A stretch of DNA of 64,000 nucleotides, taken from positions 57,598,001 to 57,662,000 of the forward strand of contig CM059427.1 in NCBI GenBank assembly GCA_030390025.1. The letters are read 5' to 3'. Positions 1 to 12,916 of the stretch are shown one piece after another. The first letter of the stretch is position 1. Each line of letters opens with the position of its first letter. Below the pieces are notes generated by a model, which searched no databases, was not told where the DNA came from, and was given only the letters and a program-made list of their open reading frames with translations. Both the position numbers and the translations under genes were made by a program. Source of the stretch: Squalus acanthias. Taxonomy: Eukaryota.

Positions 1-2594
1 GAGACAAGACTTTCGAGTTGGATAATACTAGCGTGGAGCTTAAGGGAGACCGGCAACTTCATGTTCCCCCTACCTCTTGATGTTCTTATATACAACAATT
101 AAAGGTGGCCTTCTCCAAGGAGTGAAAAGCTTGTAATTTTTAAGTCCTTTCCAGTTCATTTGCAATATGCTGCATCCCATCACGCAAGCAGAAAAGTAAT
201 CCTTGGATATCGTAAGATGAAGGAGCATACGCACAGTTGCAGATATATTCTATCCCTGGCTGTCAGCAAGTGACTATCATGTAGCTAGGTTGTTTTACAA
301 GGATTTTGTATGTCAAGATGTTTAAGATGCGAGTGCACTAAAGGTTTCAATTGCAAGTTTCAGACTGAATGTGCGCCCTACTGGTGTATAAGTACATGTA
401 ATAAGCCACTGATAGGAAAGAATTGTAAGGTTGAGAGAGGCTTGGCATGGACCAGTACTAAATGTGAAACACGTCAACAGGTAATACTTTGTGCCATGCA
501 CATTTGAGCCATCTACCTGGTAAATGGTAAATAGTATAACCCTGGCAGCTTCCTTAAAAAGTGTGCCAGCTTCTTCTATTCTGTTCCTAGAACCTACTGT
601 ACACAGTGCGGATTCTAGCTGTCACCACTTGCCTGGTATGCTATATTGCTATCCTTTGAGGACAGTACTCAAGAATGCCAAAATCCTTCTTGCACCCACT
701 TCATAGGAGCAGCACCTGTAGCTCACCAGTCATGACAGGGTTCACTTCACCACTTGCTCACAGACTCCGTTTTCTACCTCTACATTTCTTTAGTTTGCCA
801 CTTCATTCCTGTCTGGAAAGGATGAAAAATGAAGTTGTTGCAGCCTTAGGAAAGAGTTAAACCATTTGTGGCACCACATGCAGCCAAATGCGTTCTGCAA
901 CCCTTTAAGTACTGATGATATGCCAATTAACTGCCTCTCCCAAACCACTTAGGTGAGCTCCTGTTAGCAGGCTGAATCTGGGCCAGGATTTTGTCATGCA
1001 TAGATAATTAGGCCTGACCCCACAAAAATCAGCGAGGTCAGCACAGTGCTGTTCTGGTGAGGACAAATCTTCCTTCGTAAACCGTGTGAAATTCTAAGCA
1101 TTCAATCATTTTCACCTAACTTTTCACTCAAAATTTCCATCAATGTACGCATCATGAAAAAAATTGGCATTAAGTATTTGCAAACGCTGGTCATGATTTC
1201 CTGAAACAGGTAGCTAATGAAATTTCCCCTCATTAATCATATACTACTAATTCTTTTTTGAAGCAATAAAATAACAAATAAATACAACGTATGCAAAACA
1301 GAGCTCATACCACTACTCTTCATAATGAATTCAGAAGCTGCTGTGGCAATTAGTGAAACAGTCTCATGACTAAAAAAGAAACGCAAAATAAAACTCTAAC
1401 CTATCAGATACCTAGCAACATCCACGAGTTTAATCTGATTGCAGTTTCACTCTACAAAATGTTAAACAACTGTATTGCCAAGTCAGTGGGCAGACACATG
1501 TGACAAAAATATTTCATGACAGGAAATCATTATTAAACCTGGTGGTTTTCTGGTATTTCTGTTGTGGAAATTTCTCTGTAATTTTTTCAAGGTTTGTGCC
1601 ATGTGTTCTCTCTTAATCAAACTTTGTTCTGCCACAGCAAAATTTTCAAAGTTTAAAGAAGTCCCTACCTGTTGAACTGAAAAATTCTTTAAAATGTACG
1701 TGCACAGGTTCCGGGGATGAGGTCAGTCGTTCTATAAAAGCACCACAAAAAACTGTCCTCAAAACCATAACCACAGCATTTCGCTAGAGATTTTTTAGCA
1801 TTGTACCTGGAAACTCAGCCTGTGTTGGGCACTAACTTGTGCTCAATTTTTGCTGATGATGACTTCAAATTAGTTATCTGACAAAACACACTTTGAAACC
1901 TATTCAATCATTTTTTTTTTTTTTAAATTGAGCCAAAAATACACTTGCTATGGGCAAGGGTAACAGTAAGAGCACGGTACTGTGACTGCAGGGATTTTCC
2001 CCTCCCACACAACGCTGTTAGTCACCTCATTTTAAAAAGTTTCGTAATCGGTAATACAAACTAAAACTGCTTAAGTAATTGTTCTGGATGAAGCATCTTT
2101 CAAATGTTTCAATATTCGATGTAGAGTCCTCCCCAGAAACACAGGAAATGGGGGAGGGGGAAAAGGAAAGCATGAGCAATGATTTCTACGCGTGGATTTG
2201 GGGGAATGTTAGTACCCACTGTAGGTATGATCTCTTAATTCTTTGGAAGATGTTCAAAGTCCACGTACAAATAGAATGTAGTCATCATCTTGAGTGGGAA
2301 AATCGCATGGATCTCTGTTTCTTCAAGAGTTAAGTGGCCAAATGATCTTACCCACTTTGCTGTATATGACTCCGCATTCTGCGGTTTGCCCTTAGTTTGC
2401 CTAGTAGGGAAGCATTAAGTAATAGTAAGAGCGCTGAAACATAAACAGTAAAATGGCTCCAAGTATCACCAGGTCAGAAAAAGAAATTATGGCAAAGCTG
2501 GGAATGAGCTTGGTAGGTGTAAGTTAAACTTTTTTCAAAGAATGAGGAAGACCAGATCTTAAGTAAGTATTCCAACATTAATCCTTATTCATTT

Positions 2595-3042
2595 GGCTCA
2601 GCTTGGTTCAATTGATAACACACTCAGCTCGGAGTCTGAACGTTACAAGTCCAAACTCCACTCTCGGCCTTGGACACATGATATAGGCTGACTCTTTAGT
2701 ACAGTACTGAAGGAGTGCTATATTGTTGGAGGTGCTACTTTTTGAAGGAGACATTAAACCGGATCTCTATCTGCCTGTTCATATGGATGTAAAAGATCCC
2801 ATGGTACTATTCGAAGAGCAGAGAGTTCCCTTGGAGTCCTACTAGGTATTGTTCCAACATCCAACACCATTTGAAATAGATTAACTGATCATCCATCTCA
2901 TTTACTGTTTGTGGAACTTTATTTAGTTGCCACGTTTACCAACATAACAGTGGCTGCACTTCAAGAGCAATATATTATATGTAAAGCATTTGGGACATCC
3001 TGAGACATGATCAGCTGCTATATATATGCAAGTTCTTTCTTT
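2595..3042 (+). mobile_element. DeuSINE (SacSINE1/AmnSINE1-like): tRNA-like head, Deu domain, L2-like tail
   Basis: Deu-type core ...ggatgtaaaagatcccatggtactattcgaagagcag... and tail ctatatatatgcaagttctttctt. Homologous to copies at 39635 and 50005. Confidence 0.75.
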
Positions 3043-3197
3043 TATTTAACATCCAACATAAATAGAAGCATACTAATGTAGTATAAAAATTGGCAGTGGG
3101 TTGGTTCAGAGGTCCTACACCTTCAAGAGCAGCATACTGCTCCTGGTTTATGCTTTGTAAGTGACTCTGACAGGCCTTTCTTAGGTTGTCTAAGAAG

Positions 3198-3477
3198 TAG
3201 GGTTGCCAACCCTCCAGGATTGACTCGAGTCTCCAGGAATTATAAATGAGTCTCCTGCACACATGCTGCGAGCAACCCAGGGAGAAAAAAAAAAGTCGTA
3301 AGGGCATTAAAAGAAGTATGTTTTTCATTTTCTTTGAACATTTTCGCTTATTAGTTATAAAAAATATTGGCAATGCGGGGGGGAAAAAAAGGCTGTTTGT
3401 CCGGACTGACTAGTTGGAGATGGGAGGTCATGTGACAAAATCTCCAGGTATACATCCAACCAGAGTTGGCAACCCTA
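3198..3477. mobile_element. Non-autonomous hAT-type MITE (280 bp)
   Basis: Perfect 13-bp TIR TAGGGTTGCCAAC / GTTGGCAACCCTA. The 8-bp flanks CTAAGAAG and CTTAGACG (6/8 identical) fit a decayed TSD. Confidence 0.8.
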
Positions 3478-4784
3478 CTTAGACGTGACCACTGCATGAG
3501 TAGAGAGTTCAAACCTTCCCTATCACAAGCAGATGCACTCCATTACCCAATTTGAAACTTTGTATTTTGTAATGGATTTTATCATGGTGTTGTTCCCAAA
3601 GAGAGAACTGTAGCAAATGACGTAGGCCGAAAGGCATGCCTCTTACTTACTCCTTGGGATAATTGGCCTATCCTTCATACAAACAAACAAAAAATGACTG
3701 CACACATATCTTGATTGTGAATATAATTTTTAGAGTACTTTTTTTTTTAGGGGCAGGCCTTGCTAAACTCCAACATCAGGACTTCAGAAAAGCTTTAAGA
3801 AGGAAAGCTTTTACCTTCTGTTGCCACTGCCATTATGGCCACGAAATGGTCTGTGCATTCCCACATAGCAAGACAGGAAAGGGAAGCTTTATCATTAACC
3901 TGATAATGCCAGGTCAGCGGACAGGAAGAGAGGGTTGTACTGAGAAACACATTTGCTTATGCAACGAAGTTTTATTTATTATATTTGGTATAAATTAGAT
4001 ATAGATTAGATATAGATCCAGATAACTGAAAAACTGCTGCTGAAATGACTGCTTGCAAGCCCGCCAATCCAGTCATATTTATTGCTTTGCTTCAATTGCT
4101 TTAGGATGGTTTAACCTGCAAAAATATTCTTGCCACAAGTAGTGCAGACCTGTCTGCAGCATGTGGCGGATGGATCGTGTGTGATTTTAATTTTTCCACA
4201 AAGTGTGCATGCTCGTATGGGAAGCTCTTCTTTCTGCAAACATAATCGGTTCTCCAGTATTCCCAATGACTCCATAGCTACCCAGCATGCGGCAACATTA
4301 TAGCTCAAGTGTGCGGAAATCCAATCCGTTGTCGGAAATATCTGCCCACTACGGGAGGCGCTAAGTTTAAACAGTAAAAGCCTGCTGCACTCCAGCGAAT
4401 TAACAGCAGCTACAACAAACAATAAAAAGCAAACTGGGGGAAAAAAAAAGTAAAATCTCTCGAAAGGCTGATGACACAAATCACCAGCACAAACCAACCT
4501 GGCACTCAGAGCCAGCAAGCAGAGCGCTGCATCACTGAAACTTGAAGTGGAGCATTCCACTGGCACCTCCGGCTCTGTTTTGCCAATAAAATAAATTTCT
4601 TAAAGAAACTATTCATAAGCATTTTTAACAAGCCATAATGAAAAAAAAATAACACCCATGGTACAAAACAGACACACCACTTGGCCTCGGTTCTTCACAA
4701 AAACATACCACCGCCCCCCATCGTGTATCCTCTATAAACGTTTTACAGCACTGCAGCATGACTTTATAAGGGAGAGATGTACTT

Positions 4785-4827
4785 GGGGGGGGGGGGGGGG
4801 GGGGGGGCGGTGGGGTGGCGGCGGGGG
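4785..4827 (+). repeat. G23 homopolymer plus G-rich extension
   Basis: G run at 4785-4807 followed by cggtggggtggcggcggggg. Confidence 0.9.
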
Positions 4828-7078
4828 AATAAAACAGCCACCATCTCCCACAACTCTCCTTAAGGGATTAAAATCTTGAATTCGCCTCACTCCCCCAACC
4901 CTCTGCCCCCAAAGATCCTGGGTTTTACTTCCATGAGACCTGGTTCCTTCCAAAACTATCCTGAAGCATCCATTCTTTGTGTTAAAGTGTGGGCTGCGAG
5001 TGTCAGCAGCCTGCTCACCCATGTGGGGCGTCACAACTAAACATGACTCATTTCTTCAACCGATGTTGACAGTTGTACATTTTTAGCCGGAATCACTAGA
5101 TAGTGTTCAGAGGAGTACTGATTCCGCCCCCCCCCCCCCCCCCCGAGCCAGAGGTGCGGCCAACTGTAGCATGCTTAATGTCGCCATAGCGGAGATCAGT
5201 TAGCTCGGTACAGAGGAGTGATGAGAGAAAAGGCCTTCTGGAGGTTAAATGTCCTCTGTTGGCTATTTGCAATGAAATCATGAATGTGATTATAAAGAAT
5301 GCATTTAGGATATTGCTAGAAAGAGTGGACAGAGGAAATGTTCTCCCTGTTCTTTATGGCCCAGTTCCGCACTACATCATGTATGTACCAAATGAGCCAT
5401 CAGGGGAGCAAAACCTTAATTGCTACAGTGCTTTACTAAATCAGGACACTGGGAGTATCATGTTGGATTAAGATGCAAATAACCAATAGATGACTTTTTT
5501 TTAAATATCTCAACCAGGTAACTGGAGAAAAATGCCTAATATGAGACAAGGCAGTTCTTTGCTAAGGAGGGAAAAAGGCAAGTCCACCAATGGCACTCTT
5601 GCACCATGTCTTAGCAGCGAGTTACAGAATGAACCTTGGGGCCAAATTGCTCATGGTCAAGCTCTGGTGAGTGGTAAAGAAGTAAATTTAAACAATTACA
5701 TTTCTGACATGTTAATTGGACAGAATCACTGTAAACAGAAAATAAACTTGCCCGATAGTTTTGTTCAATTTCCTCTGGAGCTTTAACATACACTTGAACT
5801 GCTTTCTGTTATAACATCTGTAAAATGATTTATTTTTCTGATTGATGTTTTCCATTTCGTTTTCAGACTGGTAATACTGGTTGGTACTAAATAGAATTCA
5901 CTAATCTTACTGAAACCAAGAACAATTCTGTGTTCACAGTATTCCCTGGACAAACTTAAAACAAAAATGGGATTCAGGTTTTGCATTTAAAAAAATGGCT
6001 GTACTCCTCAGAGGGCTACATCTGGATAACTTAAAGTTAAATTAGCTCCAGGTGTAGGTTAATAATGAACGACTGGAAAAGGGTAGCATACAATGGAGCT
6101 TAAAGAGCAAATGTCACCACCAATATAGATTTTAAAAATGAATTAGTTAAACGTGGACACCCAAAAGTGATGACATCATGCATCCATTTTGAAGTTCATG
6201 AGATTGATTTATTCAGCTTTCAGTCCTCTTTTTCGCAAGTAGTGGTGTGTCTTGGAACAGAGTGATGACCAATGCGTCGAGGTAGTTGATGTGTGATCAC
6301 ATTCACAATGAAAGATTAACAATTATAATGTGGTCACTCCAAGTTCTATCGACTGATAAGTCGTAGTTGATTACTGGGGAAGAACACTATTAATATATAT
6401 TTGAAAGAAAGAATAGGTTTCCCCCATGTCTTTGTTCATTTTTCTTCTACTCTAATGTATTTTCCATTTAAACAGTAGATTCTGATTACATCATCAGGTG
6501 AAGAAACTGGGAGGATGCGTCAGCCCTACAGCGTATGGGAGCCAAATTAACAACAAGAGACTTAGTCATTAACCCAGGGGTCTACAATGATCTTGTCATT
6601 TCAATTGCATACATTAATTCAGCTTTCTGACAAGGTCAGGCTCAGTATCTCCAAGCCAGTTCCCACATGATGTCATCGGCACTCCCTATATATTTTTTGT
6701 AAATGGATAAATAAAAAGTAACAGCAGTAAAAAGGTGCTTAAAATTTAATCACAATCGTTTTCAACTGATCAATTTTAGAAAGGGCACGGACGACAACAT
6801 TCTCTTTAATGCAGTGTCTTTCTAAATCAAAATCGCACATTGGAAATGAACAGCTTTCATCACATTTTAATACTCCTTCTGCCATGAAAATATTCAATAA
6901 ACAAGAAGAGTGTTAGAGAATGTGACAGTTACTGTGACAAAACGTTTGGCACAATATTGACACTGAAGATTGAGTTAATAAAGCTTTAGAAAATGTATAG
7001 GGAGTTCCCCAGCTATCCTACATAATAACCACTTCCAAGATAATTAAGCTCTTGCGGCCCTCCCCTGTGTTCGCATAC

Positions 7079-7257
7079 CTGTAATTTTCACTGGGTGGTA
7101 TGGTCTGCATGAAGTAGAGTGCAGCAGTACGGGCTCTCCAGTGCCATTTCTTAGCTGTTAAGGTAAAGACGGAACATCCCTCGATCTCCTCTTGAAGTAG
7201 GTCAAGCAGCTGTTTATGGGAACCCCCATAAAAGGCTTCAATCATTAGGACACTCAT
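7079..7257 (-). CDS. GTDC1: GTDC1 (QTMAN, queuosine-tRNA mannosyltransferase) first coding exon; whole exon 7079-7288
   Basis: [60 protein letters not shown] matches the GTDC1 N-terminus (FYGGSH and KKWHWRAR motifs). Acceptor ttttactcatAG at 7290-7289, donor GTatgc at 7078. The position downstream of ZEB2 is syntenic. Confidence 0.95.
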
Positions 7258-9844
7258 AGTGGCACTGGTATACGCATGCTACAAGTACCTATGAGTAAAA
7301 TAAAAATTTAAATGAAGTTCGCTGTTATTGCGAGTGGCAGGGAAATGTTCATTTTATAAAACTAGAATGGAAATTGGTATTTTTCATGTAACAAATGAAG
7401 CAAAGCCACATTTTAAAAAGCCAGTAACAATACGACACATCATAAAGGTTAGCCACATAACACCAAACATAGGAGAGTAGCTTTCCCTGGTGTGCCACAT
7501 TGTTTTATCAGTATCAATGGCAAGCTAAATCCAATAGCACAGTTTGTTCTCTGGTAAATCGTGCACCATCATTACTCCCTAGCTTTGCTTTTTGAGAGCC
7601 ACAATACCCGCAGTGCCTTGAGAACCACTCTGCAGAAATAAAACTATAAGACCAGCAGTTCTATGTTAACAGGACTCTTTTTGCCATGGAAGATCTGTTC
7701 TTAACCAAGCATTTCACCTCAGCAAGCTACAATGTTTTTTAATTCCTGCATTTCTAGAAAAAGGAATACCCACAAAATTACACTGATGAGCACCTGCAAT
7801 GTTTCCCAGCACATGACCCACTGGACTGTTGTGCGACAACTTAAATGGTCTTCAGTCGCACTTTACGGCTGTAAATCATATGAAAACCTGCATTATGTCA
7901 TCACTCTGCACCAACCAACGTTGGCACTTCAGGACAGGTGGTTGCTTAACTCAAATTCAATCTCCTTTATAATTCAGTACTGTTGGCGCCAAGAGAGAAA
8001 AAAAATTCTAACAGGTGCGTACTTAAATCTGACGACAACTGGTGTCACTGTATATAAAACTCATCAAAATATTAACAAAACGGCCTTTTTGTTAAATAAA
8101 ATTCTTGAGTGCCTAACAGCTGGGTCAGCTTCACCCTTGCTGTGGTAGGTAGCTTCCTTCTCCTCTCTTTCACACAGACTGTGTTAAACGTACTTTTGCA
8201 AATAGATTTAAAATATTTTGCTGTAAAAATGATTTATACTCTAACATAACACAATAATGCCATGGCCCATTTCCTTAAATGCAATAGTTCCACGGCAATG
8301 TATTATTAGATTACTGTCCTGTCTCACCTCATAAAAAACAATAATGAACTTGCAGGTGTGTATTACGATAAGCGATGCACCTAAGGATTACTTTAGGCAT
8401 TTGAATTCCCTTGATATAGTACTTAAATTAATCATGCTACATTATTAAAGAGATCGCATAGTACCCCATAGTTGGCTTACTGTACAAGGGCTGAATTTCA
8501 TAATTTAGTTAAAGGTCGTGTAATTATAAATATCAGTCACCATCATTTTTATAGGATTTTAAAATGTATTTTGCTACACTGAAATTGCATTTTAAAAGAA
8601 TCAACATATTACAATACCACAGGCTTATATTAGCAGTAGCGCCAGAGTGTAGATCTGATTGTGGCCATTCTGAAATATGATCTGTGTAAAATTAGAAAAA
8701 GATACCATCTCTTTAATAATGATCACCTTTAAATTCATCGTTGCTTCAATAATACCAATCCAAAGTGTATAGTAAATCTCAGATTTTAAAAAGGTAATCT
8801 CTTCCCGCCAGCCTGGCCTTCGCACCACATTGTTATGAATATACTGTCTTTGTGGATTTGTTTATTTAGCTGGCACTTGATGCTGCACAAAAATATATCT
8901 CAATTCCATCAGTTCACTTTTGAGTTGCTTTGAACAAAAAAAAGAACCCAGAAATTATAGGTGGCAATGTTACTGGACAAACACGTAATACATTGAGGAC
9001 ATTGCTCTGCCCACTACTTTTACATGAGTATTAATGCCTCCATCAAAAAAGCAGACAGAGGAATGGTACACAAATAGATATTTCCTGTCTCACAGTCATG
9101 TTCTACCACTTTTTTCTGTGTGCAAGGTTAGTAAAAATGGTCTTGGTTTAAACCGAGACACACCTGGTCAGAAAGTACAGGGGTGACAAAGCCTTAGAGA
9201 TAGATGCTTTAGTTGATTAGAAAAAGGAAGTCTGGTGGCTAAATGCCGGTCACCCACCCACACATCTTCATCTGGAAATCCCATAGCTGCATACCTTTCC
9301 GTTAGTGTCACCAGAATGGCCGGATGATGTTTAAAAATATGCACAGTTTACCATACCACGTAAAGTATTAGAACTTTACTTTAAAGTTTGTCCATGTCAT
9401 CCTGTTTTAATAAAATGTGTATCATGAGAAATCAATTACAATAGTTAAATCAGCCCTTCATGTTTATGACATGGATTCATGTGATGCTACTCTCTTTAAA
9501 ACTGCTTGATTGTCAGTTAAGTAAGGCTACAATGAAGCATCATTATTGCCTTAGGCTGAAATATTAAAACAAAAGCACATGATTTTGCATACCTAAAGAA
9601 AGGATCCATCAATGCAAGATGTATGGCCACCAAGAGATTCCTGTCCTTTGATCCTGAAGTAAGCACATTATTCTGTTTGTGACTAGATCCGTATTCTTTA
9701 CATTAATCCCTGTTCATTGAGAAAACTGGGACATTTATTTATAGCAATTATCAAAGTGCTTTCATGCACCTATGACATACTTCCTACATTTCCACCTATA
9801 GCATCATGTAAGCAGAATTTGATCACTATTAACTGATGCTAACA

Positions 9845-10262
9845 ACAACTTGCAGTTAACACTGTAAAACATCTCAAAATGCTGCACAACGTCACCAGAT
9901 AAAATTTGACACCGAGCCACATAAGGAGATATTGGGACGGGTGACCAAAAGCTTGGAAAAGCTTGGTCAAAGAGGTAGGTTTTAAGGACCATCTTAAGGA
10001 GCAGAGAGGTAGAGAGGCAGAGAGATTTACAGAGGGTATTCCAGTGCAGAGGGCCTCAGCAGCTGAAAGCCAATGGAGGAGCGAAGGAAATCGGGGATGT
10101 ACAAGTGGCCAGAATGGGAGGAACCCAAAGTTGTCGATGGGTTGCAAAGCTGCAGAAGGTTACAGAGATAGGGAGGCGCAAGGCCATGGAGAGATTTGAA
10201 TACAAGGATGAGTATTTTAAAAATAGAGGTGTTGCTGGACCGGGAGCCAATGTAGGTCAGCA
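9845..10262 (-). mobile_element. L2 LINE 3' fragment
   Basis: Minus strand encodes IFKILILVFKSLHGLAPPYLCNLLQ and has the same 3'UTR as the L2 at 22679-23532. Confidence 0.85.
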
Positions 10263-10502
10263 AACACAGGGAAACATTAGTTTGTGTTGCAGAGGAAATT
10301 TATTTTATTGGATGTTCTGCTGCAACATGTAACTTCAACCCACAACAGTTATTTTATATTCGACTTCCAGCATGTTTCCATAACATCCGTCACATTTGGA
10401 CACGAGCAATAAAGAGGTTGCAAGTAGTCACACTACTGAAATGTCCAGAGTGTTTACCCTGTTGCCTCGCATCCCACCCCCACAAGCTTGTAAACAGATT
10501 TA

Positions 10503-12916
10503 CAGGAAACTCTTTGGTATCCGGCATCGACGGGACCGGGGTGGTGCCGGTTGAATAAAAATTCCGGATGATGGAGAGGGTTATCTACCGAGGTTATTTT
10601 TAACAAACAAAAATAAAAAAATCAAGAAATGTGCAGTGTACATTAATTGGGTACTCACCTACAGAATGTTGTGTTAAATGGATGGTGGAAGATGCTTGAT
10701 TAAGTACAGTACTGCCAGTTGAGGGTAATCCATAACTCTTTAATTACTTAACAGTAAAACAAAACTTATTAATGACTGTATACAGTACTGTAGTTGACTG
10801 TACACTTATTCCAAGTCAACTGGTTCATCAGGAATATCCATGCCAGCTGGGTCATCAGGATCATGCACTTCCACAGATTCTTCAGGCACTTCCGCTGCTT
10901 CGACTCTTTTGGAAGCTTTCTTAAACATGTTGCGGATGTCGGCTTGCTTAGTGGACTCTTGCCTTTTCTGTAGAAACGTGGAATGCAGAATATGGAGTTG
11001 CATAACTTCTTGGGCAGAGTAGCAAGGCTGCCTTTCAGCAAATTGGAGGATTGAAGAAAATCCTTCTGCAGCTTTAGCCCAAGAAATCATCTTCTCTTCA
11101 GAAATCTCATCCTCTTCACTTTCCATCTCACTTTCCTTTTCTTTCTTTGGATTTAAAACACTCTCAATTATTTCATCATCACTTAGCATGCACAACAGCA
11201 ACTTCTCTATCTGCATCAACCCACTGCTCGATATCACTTTCACTGAGGTGACGTAGAGGGTTTGCTGGGCCTACATTTTTCACCATGCCAGCCATTTCCA
11301 TTATTGTACTCTTCTTGGGACGAACACTGAACCCATGAAATTCCTCCTCTGAAGAAGAACCTCCAGCAAACATTACAGAAGGCCACAATTTGCACCAGGC
11401 TTGCCTCAGAGTGTGACCTTTCACCAAGTTCCAGGAACATGCAACATTATAGATGGCATCTTGAATACTGTATTCCTTCTGAAATGCGTGAATATTGTCA
11501 TCTTGGTTTATCAGTTTACGTAGGAAGTCTTTCTTGCAATGACACTTCAGATTTTGGATAACGCCCTGGTCCATGGGTTGTATGAGAGAAGTTACATTTG
11601 GTGGCAAATAAATGGTGAAAATATTTCCCGAAACCAACTCGGATTCATGCAGATGGGCTCTACAATTATCAAGCAATAAAATGCATTTGCTATCTTCAGG
11701 TTTCCCTATTTTACGGAAATGTTCCCTCACAGATGGAACAAAAATATGATGGAACCAATAGGAGTAGATTTCCTTATCCATCCAAGCATTTTTTGATCTT
11801 TGTACTCAACAGGTAAGTGCCTCACATTTTTAAATGCACGGGGATTTTTATACTTCCCAATAACAAGAAGTTTAACCCGGTGTGATCCAGCAGCGTTTGC
11901 ACATGTTAGCACGGTTACACGATCTTTATTTTTCTTGTAACTTGAAGCATTAGCCTCACTAGCCCCAGCAAGCGTTGATTCTGGCAAAAACCTCCAAAAT
12001 AAGCCAGTTTCATCAGGATTATATATCTGTGCTGGTGACAAATCATGTTGCTGCACAATCCGATTGAAATAATCGCAGTATTCTTCTGCGGCGTCGTGAT
12101 CAGCTGATTTCTTCTCCCCGGAAATATCGAGTCGTCGTATCCCGTGCCGTAACTTGAAGCACGTTAGCCATCCCTCGGAGAAAGCACACTTGTCAGTGAG
12201 CTCCATCCTTTTGTAGAAATCCTTCGCTTTCTCGATTAGCATGGGTCCGGAAAGTGGAACACCCTCTGAACGCTTAAGAGAAAACCACTCAAAGCACAGT
12301 ATCCAGCTCTTCAAGCTTAGGCTTACGAAGCGTACGCCATTTCTCTACACTCTTAGATGTCTCCGAGCTCGAATAAAACTTGAGCAGCTTATCCTTCTGC
12401 GATTTGATGTCGTAGATTGTTGACGAACCGATTTTGAATTCATTCATAATGTTGATAACGCTTCTCTCCCCTTTCTAGTCGTTGGCATATCTCGATTTTC
12501 TGTTTTAAAGTTAACACCACTCTCTTCCTTTTGCTTGGACCAGCTTTTGGGAATTCCATAATGCAAGATGGGGGAGATAATTCCCGATAAAGAGGGAGAG
12601 ACACACAGAAAAATGCTGGCTAGGAAAAGACTACCAGCAGCGCGGGAGACACAGAGTAAAATGGCGGATCAGAAGAGACTACCGGCAGTGCGGGAGAATC
12701 AGACTCCTGTTATTGCGGTGTTCGGGCTTCCGACAGTGCCAGGAAGCCGAGTAGTGGCACTTTGGAGAACTACCCCCACTGACTAACTCGGCGTTCGCGG
12801 GAAACTCGGACTCGGCAACATTGCTGGTTATTGGGGAGGAGTTTTCGGAGTATGAATTTTGCCGGTTAATAGAGAATTCTGGATATTTTAGGTGCCGTTT
12901 AAATGAGAGTTTCCTG
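10503..12916 (-). mobile_element. Full-length Tigger/pogo DNA transposon (2414 bp)
   Basis: TA dinucleotides at 10501-10502 and 12917-12918. Imperfect TIRs begin CAGGAAACTCT...CGGCA. Contains an internal transposase. Confidence 0.93.
10806..12559 (-). pseudogene. Frameshifted Tigger transposase (CENP-B/Jerky-like HTH plus DDE_1, DD32D)
   Basis: Starts MEFPKAGPSKRKRVVLTLKQKIEICQRL, then GPMLIEKA...[31 protein letters not shown] and [12 protein letters not shown]. There are 32 residues between the second and third D. The product is split over at least 4 frames. Confidence 0.9.

Noticed and set aside
7018-7078. ORF-track C-terminal extension of GTDC1 (YANTGEG...)
   Set aside because: Read-through into the intron past the GT donor at 7078.
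1-7078. Second coding exon of GTDC1, including the 4111-4566 minus ORF
   Set aside because: I could not find the expected LFASSVLNL...YFHENQ motifs by eye. The exon probably lies left of the window, and the 151-aa ORF resembles nothing I recognise.
10806-12559. Domesticated JRKL/TIGD gene
   Set aside because: Multiple frameshifts, intact TIRs with TA TSD and a derived MITE show it is a transposon copy.
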